DNA of 64,000 bases from an uncultured Methanosarcinales archaeon. Lineage in GTDB: Archaea > Nanobdellota > Nanobdellia > Woesearchaeales > JAGVZT01. Under the pieces are notes generated by a model that saw only the letters and a list, made by a program, of their open reading frames with translations, was not told the DNA's origin and ran no database searches. Positions within the stretch are counted from its first letter, which is position 1; the number at the start of each line of letters is the position of its first letter. The DNA is taken from NCBI GenBank assembly GCA_964419615.1, contig CAYQPU010000001.1, positions 17,266 to 81,265 of the forward strand, written 5' to 3'. The position numbers and the translations under genes are program-made. Positions 18,157 to 27,408 of the stretch are shown here, piece by piece.

Positions 18157-18723
18157 ATGGCAAATAAACCAAAAACATTTTCAAATATTGAAGAATTTGA
18201 TAAAACATTAGGATTAAACCAAAAGCTAGCTCTTGACAAAAGAGATAATGTTATTTTGTCGATGATCCAGCAAAATCCAGATGTTTCTCAGGAAGAGATT
18301 GCTAAAATGATTAAGCTTTCCCAGCCTTCTGTTGGAGCAAGACTTAAGAAATTAAGAGATAAGGGCATTTTGCATAAAGTTAATGGGGTTAATTTTAGAG
18401 TGGTTGATTTAAGTTTGGGTTTGGTTCTGGTTAATAGTACAGACACTTCTGCTATTATTAGTGAGTTTAGGGATTGTCCTTTTTTTCTTAATGCAATGAT
18501 TACATCTGGACAGCACAATTTGACATTATTATTTATGGCAACAGATTTGAAAAGATTAGAGGGAATTGTTAATCATCATTTGAGGGGAAATGAGAAAGTA
18601 AAGGATATTCAATTAAATATTGTTATTTCAACAGCAAAAGATTTTGTGCTGCCCCTAAATATTAATTATAATAATAAAAATCAGCTTGGGTGTGAGCAGC
18701 ACTGCAAAGATTGTTTAGCTTGA
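18157..18723 (+). CDS. Lrp/AsnC family regulator with Cys-rich C-terminal tail
   Basis: HTH (SQEEIAKMIKLSQPSVGARLKKL), RAM domain containing CPF, tail CEQHCKDC; divergent from the redox genes. Confidence 0.85.
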   Translation: MANKPKTFSNIEEFDKTLGLNQKLALDKRDNVILSMIQQNPDVSQEEIAKMIKLSQPSVGARLKKLRDKGILHKVNGVNFRVVDLSLGLVLVNSTDTSAIISEFRDCPFFLNAMITSGQHNLTLLFMATDLKRLEGIVNHHLRGNEKVKDIQLNIVISTAKDFVLPLNINYNNKNQLGCEQHCKDCLA

Positions 18724-19194
18724 GGATTTTTCTTTCCAGGTTGCATTAACTTTTGAGAGTAATTCTGTTAATTTTGGTTTAAGTTTTTCATTCCAAAACA
18801 CAACAGAATCGTCTATAAACTGTGCTTCTTGTTTTTTGTTTTTTGTAAGGCCAATTAAGGTATTTCTTGAGACTATCTCCATTATTTGGTTTAGTAATAC
18901 AATTACTTCTTGTTTTGCATCTTGCTCAAACATTTGACTTTCAGTTACGCCGATCATGGAACCTGGGTTAGGCATTACAAGCCCGTGCAAATATGATACC
19001 CATGAGTTAAATGTTGATGTTATTCTATGACACATCATTCTTGATAAGGAGGTGCTTATGAATCCTTCTTTTTGAATAAAATCTCTTAGAAAAAAGATCT
19101 TTTCAAGTTCCTCAAACGATGATTTGAATCCTAGCTCCTGCTTCATCTTAGCAAATTCTTGATCAAATTCCTTTTGTAGCTCGTTACTGACCAT
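18715..19194 (-). CDS. Hypothetical protein
   Basis: 159-aa ORF, no recognised motif. Confidence 0.65.
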   Translation of the reverse strand: MVSNELQKEFDQEFAKMKQELGFKSSFEELEKIFFLRDFIQKEGFISTSLSRMMCHRITSTFNSWVSYLHGLVMPNPGSMIGVTESQMFEQDAKQEVIVLLNQIMEIVSRNTLIGLTKNKKQEAQFIDDSVVFWNEKLKPKLTELLSKVNATWKEKSSS

Positions 19195-19333
19195 TGTAGG
19201 TAAAAGGGAAGGCAGGATTATATTTAAATGATTCCTTAAACGGACTTTCAGATCAAATTGCTATCCTCAAGTAGTAAAATACCGAAACATTTAAATACTC
19301 AAGATATCAATTACTACTCTAAGGTGGTTTTAC

Positions 19334-19575
19334 ATGGATGAATTATCAGAATTAGTAAAAAAAGATACAAAACACCTTGAAGAAAAAGGGGTTGAGCACG
19401 TCAAAAAGAGGGATTACTTGGAGATATACTAGGTGAAAAACCAATGTTCGAAGATGATGGCGACCAAGAGATCCTAAAAGCTCTTAAAAAAAGAAAAAAG
19501 AGCTTTGAAGAAGTCGTGAACCAAAAAAATATAGACAAAATTGAATTAGACGAAGTTATGCAAGAGGATTTTTGA
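19334..19575 (+). CDS. Small acidic/basic ORF pair (32 aa and 43 aa) or one 80-aa protein split at GTC AAA AAG
   Basis: Not in track. ATG 19334 to TAG 19432; the -1 frame is open to TGA 19575 and has its own ATG 19444 after AGGTGA. Confidence 0.45.
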
Positions 19576-19611
19576 CAAAGCTTTTTAAAAAAGACCCTGT
19601 TCTGAGATATT

Positions 19612-19863
19612 ATGGAATATGAACTTGAGATTAACAAAGTTATTAAACAGATTAAAAAACAGAATGCTAAGACTGTTTGTTTACAACTTGCAGATGGACT
19701 TAAGCCAAAGGCAAAGATGATACAAGAAGAGATTACAAAGGAAACAGATGCTCAGGTTGTTATATGGGCTGGTTCTTGTTTTGGAGCTTGTGATATCCCA
19801 TTAGAGTTAAAGAATTTGAAAATTGATTTATTAATACAATTTGGGCATAGTGAATGGAAATAA
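19612..19863 (+). CDS. dph2: Stand-alone N-terminal domain of diphthamide synthesis protein Dph2
   Basis: VCLQLADGLK, SCFGACD and LLIQFGHS motifs; only 83 aa, clean stop. Confidence 0.8.
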   Translation: MEYELEINKVIKQIKKQNAKTVCLQLADGLKPKAKMIQEEITKETDAQVVIWAGSCFGACDIPLELKNLKIDLLIQFGHSEWK

Positions 19864-19976
19864 AAATACAAGTAAATCAAAAATTTCCCTGTATTTTTAG
19901 TGTTATAATTCACCCCAAATGCTGAGAAGAAATGAGAGGAAAACAAGTTATTGTAGTTAAGGAGGTTTTATAACAA

Positions 19977-21128
19977 ATGAAGTTTTTAATTGAATCAGAT
20001 ATTTTGAATAAATTGGAGCCAAACATAACGAAGGCTGTGGAATTAATAAAAAACAATATTGGTAAAAGTCAAATTGTTATCAGACACCACGCAGATTGTG
20101 ATGGTTACACTGGAGCAATCGCTGTTGAACAAGCAGTTAATAGTTCTTTGATTAGTAGGAGAAAATGGTTTTATTTAAAGAGAGTTTCCTCTCGAGCCCC
20201 TTATTACGAACATAGAGACGTTTTTTGGGATATTTCAAATTATTTAAAGGATGTTTCAAAAGATCAAGCACCATTATTGATCCTTATGGATCATGGCAGC
20301 ACTACTCAAAGTTTGTTTGCAATTAAACTTGCTAAACTTTATGGATTGAAAGTCATTGTTATTGATCATCATAAACCAACAATGATTGATGGTAAATCAG
20401 TTATTAGTGAGCATGCTGATGTTTTTATTAATCCATACCTGGTTGGAGGAGATTCTAATTTAACTGCAGGTATGCTTGGTGTTGAGATTTCAAGATTAAT
20501 TAAGAAAAATCCAATTTCCCACTTAGCTGCAATTTCAGGTATTGGAGACAGAGCAGAAGGAAAAGAGTTTGACCAATATTTAAGAATTGCAAAGGAAAAA
20601 GGTTATACAAAAGAATTTGCTCGGTCACTTGCACGATGTGTTGATTTTGAAGCGTATTATCTTAGTGGAGATTCTAAGTTAATTCATGATTTACTACTGT
20701 CAGACTTAAAGGAACAAAAGATTAAGAGTTTTTTAATTGAAAATGAGGTTAAAAAGCTTGAAGATGAGGCAAAAGAGTCATTACTTGGTTTAACTAATAT
20801 TTCGGGTCAAGGGTTTAAGATAATTGAGATTAATGTTGAAAGTTTACAATGGGGATATCCTTCACAAGGTAAAGCAACTGGTTTAATGTTTAGGCATTTT
20901 GAAAATGAGTATAATGAAAAGATTTTAGTTTTAGGGATTGGTGAATCAGCAATCACTATCAGAACTAATTTGAATAATTTCGATGTTAATGAGATAATTG
21001 CACAATTAAAAGAAAAGTGCAAGCATGCTGCTGCTGGTGGCGGTGGTCATGAAGTTGCTGGAACAATTCATTTTGTTGCTGCTGCAAAACAAGATGTGCT
21101 TAATGCTATTAAGGATCATGCAAAATGA
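19977..21128 (+). CDS. DHH family (archaeal RecJ-like) phosphoesterase
   Basis: RHHADCDG, MDHGS, IDHH and GGGGHEVAG motifs. Confidence 0.85.
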   Translation: MKFLIESDILNKLEPNITKAVELIKNNIGKSQIVIRHHADCDGYTGAIAVEQAVNSSLISRRKWFYLKRVSSRAPYYEHRDVFWDISNYLKDVSKDQAPLLILMDHGSTTQSLFAIKLAKLYGLKVIVIDHHKPTMIDGKSVISEHADVFINPYLVGGDSNLTAGMLGVEISRLIKKNPISHLAAISGIGDRAEGKEFDQYLRIAKEKGYTKEFARSLARCVDFEAYYLSGDSKLIHDLLLSDLKEQKIKSFLIENEVKKLEDEAKESLLGLTNISGQGFKIIEINVESLQWGYPSQGKATGLMFRHFENEYNEKILVLGIGESAITIRTNLNNFDVNEIIAQLKEKCKHAAAGGGGHEVAGTIHFVAAAKQDVLNAIKDHAK

Positions 21129-21569
21129 TACAATATTTGTTGATAACTCTGGTTTGTTATTTTGGCATTTATAGCAAAAACAGAGGAAGTTAAGCCTGGT
21201 AGAAAGTATTTTTTGTTCATGCGAAAAGTTGTGCTTAGCTTAATTATTGGAGTTATGTTTTATAATATCCATTGGATTTGTGCTTTGTTAGCTGCAGGAC
21301 TAGTTTATTATTTTAGCAAACAGATTAAAAAATACAAAGTTGTTTATTTATTACTAGGATTGGTTTTATTTGTTAGTTCTTCTTACCAAATTTTCACTGT
21401 TGCAAGTCTGATTTTATTTTATGGTTTTGTGCAAGGAACCTTGGATACAGAAAAGCTGCTTAAGAAAAAGGTTTTTTATGTTATGGGTGTTGAGTTTAAG
21501 AGATATTATGGATTCTTGTTTGTATCTGTAATACCTAAGGTTCTTTGGAGCTTTGTCCAGATTCTTTGA
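21125..21569 (+). pseudogene. Membrane protein with an apparent frameshift near 21160
   Basis: ATG 21125 (ATGA overlap with the DHH gene) reads MIQYLLITLVCYFG then stops; the +1 frame from TTG 21162 carries the rest (AFIAKTEEVKPGRKYF...). Confidence 0.5.
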
Positions 21570-23497
21570 AGGTTCTGCTTGATTGTTAGTTTTTCAAGTT
21601 CTATTACTATTTCTTGGCTTGAGTAGTATTCTTTTTGATTTGAATCATAATATAAAACCATTATTTCAACTGTATTGTTGCCTTGTTTTAGTTCTTCACT
21701 GTTAAATCTTAATACCAGTTCTTTGTCACCCTCAAATTCTTCAAATTCAAATTTACCCTGCAAAGTCCCAATTATTACAACTTGAACATTTTGCGGCAAA
21801 GTGGTTGAGTTCGTTGTTAAATGAATTACAATTTCATGTTCATTATCAAAGCTTACATTTACAGGATAGGTGATATTATTAATAAGTAGCTTTGGCTGAT
21901 CAAGAATTGTGTACTTTATATTTGAGGTTTTAGTAATTTCTGAATTTTTAATTGTAATTGTCTGCTCAATAAATCCAGGATTTTCTGGTTGGATTGTAAA
22001 GTTTATTTGAGATGATCTTCCAATTCCAAGTTCAAGTGTGTTGCATTTATCTATGCAAATACTTAAGTTTTGTAGGATTACGTTGCCTATATTTGTTATT
22101 TTGCATGAACCTATAATTTCTTCATAAATATAATATTCTTCTTGTGATATACTACAATTCAAGTTAACATTTCGAGAATAAGCAAGAGAATCTTGCTTTA
22201 CAAGATCACTTAGTAATTTGTTGATTTCTCCTAAAGAATAATTTGGATAAGTAACTGAAGAATCAAATGCATTATATGTAGCAGTGCCTCTTAGAGAGAC
22301 AATACCAAAAGGCATCTCGTATCTATACATAGAATTAAGGTTTTTGTCAACTTTTATTATCCAGTAAATGTTTTTTTCTGAACTCGGTTCGAGTAATACA
22401 TGTTTGTTATACGGGCTTATTATTTGTGTTCCTGATGAAGTTGATAAGCTAAGATCTGTTTCCACGTAAAAATTATTCTTATTAACAATTCTTGCGTTGA
22501 TCAGATTATAAGACCCAAAGCCAACCATTTGTCTGAGCGGTCTTAGTTCAAATTCAAGTAAACTACTTTGCGCTTGTGTTCTGTCAACCATGCTAGCATT
22601 AATGTTAAGTTGTTTAGAAGTCATTTGTACATCTCTTCCAACCCACATTATGAAACTTGTGCTTCTGTTTGAATCAGGATTATTACTGAATACAACATGT
22701 GATGCATCTACAAATCCAAATTCACCATAAGTTACATCAAATGGTATCCAGCCATATTCTGGAAAATATAATTCTGCCCAACCATGCGGTTCCCACCCTT
22801 CTATTCCAAGGTAGTTTGTGTATGCAACTCCGCTTACATAACGTGCTGGGATTCCCAAGCTTCTGGAAAGAGCCATAAATAGGGTGGTGATTTCATCACA
22901 TACACCATATCTGTTTTCAAGTACCCAAGATGCAGGTTGAGATGCTGTTGCTGTGATTGTGCTCATGTTATATTGCACATTTTGACTTACCCACCTAAAT
23001 AGTTCAAATACAACATAGTTTAGATCATCTTGGCCTTTGGCAAGGTCAGATGCAAGCTCAATTATAAGTGGATCATCTGAATCAATGTTTTCAGTTGCTA
23101 CAAGATACTCATTAAGTGAAGGATCAAATTCTCCCAAAGGAAAATCGATTTTTTCTTTTATGATTGGGAAATAATCGCTTACCTCAACTCTAGAGTCAAC
23201 ACTAGTTGTGAAAACAAGATCATCAAACGTGGTCCATTCAAATATGATTGTATCATCTATTGATTTTGGTTTAGGAGATATTTCCTGATTAATGATTGTT
23301 TGTTGCTCTGTGTTTTGAGGATATATTGTTAGTTGGTATTGCAGCTCTGTTAACCTTGCTGAACTGCTTTTTTCAATTGCACGAAGTTCAGAATCAATTG
23401 AAACATCTATGACCATTTTGCTTGAATCAAGGCCAAGGTTAGCACAGGCAATAGGAATGATCAAAATAACTAAAAGTAGATACACACCTCTTTTCAT
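21506..23497 (-). CDS. Secreted transglutaminase-like domain protein with Ig-like C-terminal domains
   Basis: Signal peptide; GVCDE...LGIPARYVSG...HGWAE...WIPFD Cys-His-Asp triad. Confidence 0.88.
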   Translation of the reverse strand: MKRGVYLLLVILIIPIACANLGLDSSKMVIDVSIDSELRAIEKSSSARLTELQYQLTIYPQNTEQQTIINQEISPKPKSIDDTIIFEWTTFDDLVFTTSVDSRVEVSDYFPIIKEKIDFPLGEFDPSLNEYLVATENIDSDDPLIIELASDLAKGQDDLNYVVFELFRWVSQNVQYNMSTITATASQPASWVLENRYGVCDEITTLFMALSRSLGIPARYVSGVAYTNYLGIEGWEPHGWAELYFPEYGWIPFDVTYGEFGFVDASHVVFSNNPDSNRSTSFIMWVGRDVQMTSKQLNINASMVDRTQAQSSLLEFELRPLRQMVGFGSYNLINARIVNKNNFYVETDLSLSTSSGTQIISPYNKHVLLEPSSEKNIYWIIKVDKNLNSMYRYEMPFGIVSLRGTATYNAFDSSVTYPNYSLGEINKLLSDLVKQDSLAYSRNVNLNCSISQEEYYIYEEIIGSCKITNIGNVILQNLSICIDKCNTLELGIGRSSQINFTIQPENPGFIEQTITIKNSEITKTSNIKYTILDQPKLLINNITYPVNVSFDNEHEIVIHLTTNSTTLPQNVQVVIIGTLQGKFEFEEFEGDKELVLRFNSEELKQGNNTVEIMVLYYDSNQKEYYSSQEIVIELEKLTIKQNLQRIWTKLQRTLGITDTNKNP

Positions 23498-23608
23498 AAT
23501 CTACTCTGAGTTTGAACTATATATAAGGTTTTTGCCAAAAATAAAAGATTCTGTTTTTTCAAACCTTTAATCAAAAACCTTAAAAACCTATATTCATTAC
23601 AATGGATT

Positions 23609-24676
23609 ATGGGGATGTTTGATGGAATGCTTGGATCTGATGAAACTTTGTTTAAGAATCCTGTTGCTCTTGATTATGATTATCTTCCAAAAATATTACC
23701 TTATAGAGAGGGTGAACAGCGAAAAATTGCTGCTTGTGTAAAACCTCTGTTTAATAGAAGGAATGGTCGTAACTTGATTATTTTTGGTAAGTCTGGTGTT
23801 GGTAAGACTGCTGCTTGCAAGCATGTTTTAGTGGAATTAGAAGAGCAAACAGATGAGATTGTCCCTATTCATGTTAATTGCTGGCAAAAAAATACTTCTT
23901 ATAAGATTCTTACAGAGATGTGTGAGGAGTTAGGTTATAGGTTGACACATAACAAGAAAACTGATGAGCTGCTAAAAGTTGTGGTTACTATGCTTAACAA
24001 AAGTTCAGCTGTGCTTGTGTTTGATGAGATTGATAAGGTTGAGGATTATGATTTTTTGTATAATTTTTTAGAAAGTCTTTATAGAAAGAGTGTTGTTTTA
24101 ATTACAAATCACAAAGAGTGGTATAATGAGCTTGATTCTAGGATCAAATCGAGGTTAGTCCCAGAGATGCTTGAGTTCAAGCCTTATAACGTTGAGGAGA
24201 CTGGAGGGATTTTAAAGCAGAGAATTGTGCATGGTTTTCAAGAAGGTGTTTTTGGGTCAGATTCAATTAGTTTGGTTACTAAAAAAACCCATGAGATGCA
24301 GGATATTAGATCTGGTTTGTATTTGTTAAAAGAAGCTGCTAATATTGCTGAGGAAAAAGCTTGCCGAAAGGTTGATATTGAACATGTTAAGATTGCTGTT
24401 GGTAAGTTAGATGAGTTTAAGATCAAGGATAGCGGGGATTTAGATGAAGAGACTCAGAATATTTTAAAGATTATTAAGAATAATTCTGGTAAAAAGATTG
24501 GAGATTTGTTTAAGGTTTATCAAGAGGATGGTGGGAGTTTAGTGTACAAGTCTTTTCAAAGAAAGGTAAAAAAGCTTGAGAAAGGTAAGTATATTTCGGT
24601 TTTAACAAAGACAGGTGGAAAAGAAGGAACAACTTCTATTTTGAGTTATAGTGATAAGAAGTTGACTGATTTTTAA
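23609..24676 (+). CDS. cdc6: Orc1/Cdc6 replication initiator
   Basis: YLPKILPYRE, Walker A GKSGVGKT, Walker B FDEID, LDSRIKSR, C-terminal winged helix. Confidence 0.9.
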   Translation: MGMFDGMLGSDETLFKNPVALDYDYLPKILPYREGEQRKIAACVKPLFNRRNGRNLIIFGKSGVGKTAACKHVLVELEEQTDEIVPIHVNCWQKNTSYKILTEMCEELGYRLTHNKKTDELLKVVVTMLNKSSAVLVFDEIDKVEDYDFLYNFLESLYRKSVVLITNHKEWYNELDSRIKSRLVPEMLEFKPYNVEETGGILKQRIVHGFQEGVFGSDSISLVTKKTHEMQDIRSGLYLLKEAANIAEEKACRKVDIEHVKIAVGKLDEFKIKDSGDLDEETQNILKIIKNNSGKKIGDLFKVYQEDGGSLVYKSFQRKVKKLEKGKYISVLTKTGGKEGTTSILSYSDKKLTDF

Positions 24677-24945
24677 AACACCATCAAGAAGTCATCATAA
24701 TCGTCAGAAGGTTCTTCATATTTTATGTCCAGATTATCTACTCTTGCTAAGAAGGATCCTTTTCTAGCTTCATGGATTAGTTCATCTATTAGTTTTTGAT
24801 CACCTTCTGCAATTATTTCTACTGAACCATCTGGTTTGTTTCTAACGCAACCTTTTAGTCCAATCTGGTTAGCTCTCTTTTTTATATGTAATCTATAAGA
24901 TACTCCCTGGACTTTTCCTTGGGCATTTAGGATAACTCTTTTCAT
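24673..24945 (-). CDS. acyP: Acylphosphatase
   Basis: GKVQGVSYR and GCVRNKPDGSVE motifs. Confidence 0.92.
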   Translation of the reverse strand: MKRVILNAQGKVQGVSYRLHIKKRANQIGLKGCVRNKPDGSVEIIAEGDQKLIDELIHEARKGSFLARVDNLDIKYEEPSDDYDDFLMVF

Positions 24946-24988
24946 TACTTTCTTTGTTTGTGATATTGATATAAATAGATTTTGTTAC

Positions 24989-25134
24989 TTAGTCCCACCT
25001 GGCCAGTTCGTGAGCCAGTTTGCTAGCTGCCAAACAAAGTGAGTTCAAGTGTTTTCTACAAATGGCAAACTGTTCCTTACCCTGTCTGATGACGATCTAA
25101 GTCTCTCTCTCTTTCTTGGCCTTGCTGGGACTAA
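24989..25134. ncRNA. Candidate structured RNA (about 146 nt), family and strand not assigned
   Basis: GC-richer intergenic tract closed by TTAGTCCCA/TGGGACTAA, then GGCC/GGCC, inner helix CAGTTTGC (25016-25023)/GCAAACTG (25065-25072). Confidence 0.5.
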
Positions 25135-25221
25135 TTTTTACAACTAACACACTGGACACTGGACATTGTGATGTGAGGTATTTAAACAAATTTGTCTGAT
25201 CTACTCCCTGAGGTGATGTTA

Positions 25222-25302
25222 ATGGAAAATACAAGTAATATCCAGGAACTATTTTTTGAGCAGGTTAAGCAAATGACTTTAAGAGGTGGTACAAATGCTT
25301 GA
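25222..25302 (+). CDS. 26-aa small ORF
   Basis: GAGGTGA site; MENTSNIQELFFEQVKQMTLRGGTNA; overlaps the next small ORF. Confidence 0.35.
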   Translation: MENTSNIQELFFEQVKQMTLRGGTNA

Positions 25303-25399
25303 TTATTATTCAGAAGAAGAATTGGAAAGTGGTGTTAGTGATGGTAGTGTAGCAGCTGGAGACTGTGCTTTTATGAGAGGTTATCTAGATGCAGCCTAA
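25295..25399 (+). CDS. 34-aa acidic small protein ending AFMRGYLDAA
   Basis: GAGGTGG site; MLDYYSEEELESGVSDGSVAAGDCAFMRGYLDAA; resembles short acidic F-M-x-G-Y proteins I recall from DPANN genomes (not verified). Confidence 0.55.
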   Translation: MLDYYSEEELESGVSDGSVAAGDCAFMRGYLDAA

Positions 25400-25522
25400 T
25401 TATATGGATTGGAAGGATTACTCTAAAAAGGCTGATTTTTTTAATCTTTTTTATTTTCAGCAGCAAGTAAGAAAACAAAACTGTCACAAGCTATTTAAAT
25501 AGAAGTTGATTACCATATATGT

Positions 25523-26095
25523 ATGCAGGTTATGACTAAAGATGAAGTTTTGCTGAACAAAAAAAGAATAGTTCAGGGTATTAAGAAGGGTGCTGTTTTT
25601 ATTCATCCTACTGACACAATTTATGGAATTGGATGTAGTGTACTAGATCAAGATGCTGTTAAAAAAGTTAGAGATTTGAAAAAAAGGAATTTTATGCCTT
25701 TTTCCATATTTGCTCCATCAAAGGAATGGATCTTTGAGAACTGCAAAGTAAGTGAGCAGGCCCAAGAATGGATAGAAAAACTACCTGGACCTTATACTTT
25801 AATTTTGGCATTAAAAAACAAGGATGCTGTAGTTCCAGAGGTTAATAATAGTCTGAACACAGTTGGTGTTAGAATTCCTGATCACTGGTTTAAAGAGGTT
25901 GTTAGTGAGCTTGGAATTCCAATTGTTACCACAAGTGCCAATATTAAAGGAGAGAATTTTATGACTGATATTGATAATCTTGATCCAAGTATTAAATCTG
26001 GAATGGAATTTATTGTTTATGAAGATGAGAAACAAGGAAAACCTTCTACTTTAGTTGATCTTTCTAAAAAAGAGCCTAAGATACTTCATAGGTAG
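25523..26095 (+). CDS. sua5: Threonylcarbamoyl-AMP synthase (YrdC domain only)
   Basis: HPTDTIYGIG, PGPYTLIL, VGVRIP, TTSAN motifs. Confidence 0.93.
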   Translation: MQVMTKDEVLLNKKRIVQGIKKGAVFIHPTDTIYGIGCSVLDQDAVKKVRDLKKRNFMPFSIFAPSKEWIFENCKVSEQAQEWIEKLPGPYTLILALKNKDAVVPEVNNSLNTVGVRIPDHWFKEVVSELGIPIVTTSANIKGENFMTDIDNLDPSIKSGMEFIVYEDEKQGKPSTLVDLSKKEPKILHR

Positions 26096-26141
26096 GATCT
26101 TAACAAGATTTTTAAATAAACAGACCTTATTCCTTTTTAAT

Positions 26142-26744
26142 ATGAAAATACTAGCATTTGGGGATATTCATGGAGATACTAGGTTAGCATTAAAGCTAGC
26201 TGAGAGAGCTGAAAAAGAGAATGTTGATTTGGTTGTTTTGTGTGGAGATATTACCTATAATGAACAATCAACTGAGAATTTGATTGGACCTTTTGTTAAA
26301 AAGAACAAAAAGGTTTTATTGATTCCAGGCAATCACGAGAGTGTTGCTACATCTGATTTTCTAGCAAGGCTTTATGGAGCCACTAATTTACACGGTTATT
26401 CTATTACTTCTGGAGATGTTGGATTTTTTGGTTGTGGTGGTGCAAATATTGGCATTCACCAATTAGAGGAAAAAGAGATATTTGATTTACTTAAGAAAAG
26501 TCATGATAGTATTGAGGAAGTTAAAAAGAAGATTATGGTTACTCATGTTCATCCTTCTGGTTCAACAATGGAAAAAATGTCAAGTTTTTTCCCAGGTTCA
26601 GATGGTGTTAAAAAAGCTATTGATGAGCTAAAACCGGATTTACTTTTATGTTCTCATGTACATGAAGCTGAAGGTCTTGAAGAGATGATAGGTGGCACTA
26701 AAGTTGTTAATGTTGGAAAAGAAGGTAAGATAATTGAATTATGA
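26142..26744 (+). CDS. Calcineurin-like metallophosphoesterase (paralogue of 6628-7218)
   Basis: GDIHG, GD, PGNHE, THVHP, SHVHE; start moved to ATG 26142. Confidence 0.88.
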   Translation: MKILAFGDIHGDTRLALKLAERAEKENVDLVVLCGDITYNEQSTENLIGPFVKKNKKVLLIPGNHESVATSDFLARLYGATNLHGYSITSGDVGFFGCGGANIGIHQLEEKEIFDLLKKSHDSIEEVKKKIMVTHVHPSGSTMEKMSSFFPGSDGVKKAIDELKPDLLLCSHVHEAEGLEEMIGGTKVVNVGKEGKIIEL

Positions 26745-27406
26745 AATCTTTTGATCTTGATATTGGTGAGCCGTATTTAGTGCAGATTGCAAAAGATCAC
26801 AAGTGGGAAAACACTTGGGATATTGATTTGAGTTCTGATTTGCCAAACGCAGATAAGTTTATTGAGTACACAAAAGGTAGTTATGACAATGTTGCGATTG
26901 AAATTCTGTTTAAAAACAGTGAAGGTATGAAGAACATACTTGGGTTTGTTTTTAGTGACAAACTCAAAATCAAAACTGAAGCAGAGTTTTTAGAAATAAT
27001 AACAAGGATTGCTAGCAACAAATCTGGTTTTGAAGACCTGGTAGGTGAGCTCAACAAAACATTATTGCATAAAGATGAGTTCTTGTTTAAAGGAATGCCT
27101 GACATGATCAGAGTTGGTGTTGTTAATCATTGGTTTTCTGTTGGTCCTTGTCTGATTTGGGAAAAAGACTCCTCAACTGTAATACCAAAAGAAGAACTGC
27201 TTGACAAATTACAGCAGAATCAGGGTTTGTTTAAATCAAGGCTAAACTATCAAGGAATTAGTTTCATATTTAATAGAAATGAGTTTGATTTTTATTATTG
27301 GATCAAACCTTCTTGTTTTAAAAAAAAAGGTGAATATTTTGTTGTTGATATTAATAAAATAATCAAACTAATGCAAAATATGTTTAGGTTTGAGTTCAGT
27401 TCCTAG
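26741..27406 (+). CDS. Hypothetical protein
   Basis: 221-aa ORF, ATGA-coupled to the upstream gene. Confidence 0.65.
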   Translation: MKSFDLDIGEPYLVQIAKDHKWENTWDIDLSSDLPNADKFIEYTKGSYDNVAIEILFKNSEGMKNILGFVFSDKLKIKTEAEFLEIITRIASNKSGFEDLVGELNKTLLHKDEFLFKGMPDMIRVGVVNHWFSVGPCLIWEKDSSTVIPKEELLDKLQQNQGLFKSRLNYQGISFIFNRNEFDFYYWIKPSCFKKKGEYFVVDINKIIKLMQNMFRFEFSS

Positions 27407-27408
27407 AA

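Noticed and set aside
23498-23608. Replication origin directly upstream of cdc6
   Set aside because: No TCCA...GAAA...GGGG boxes seen there, only promoter-like A/T tracts.
25005-25080. RNase P RNA reading on the minus strand (AAGGAACAGTTTG...AGCAAACTGGCTCAC)
   Set aside because: The P4 strands do not pair in the canonical bulged register and the interval is far too short; left as unassigned RNA.
25086-25100. CTGATGA as a hammerhead ribozyme core or C/D box
   Set aside because: No stem II followed by GAAA and no properly spaced D box partner.
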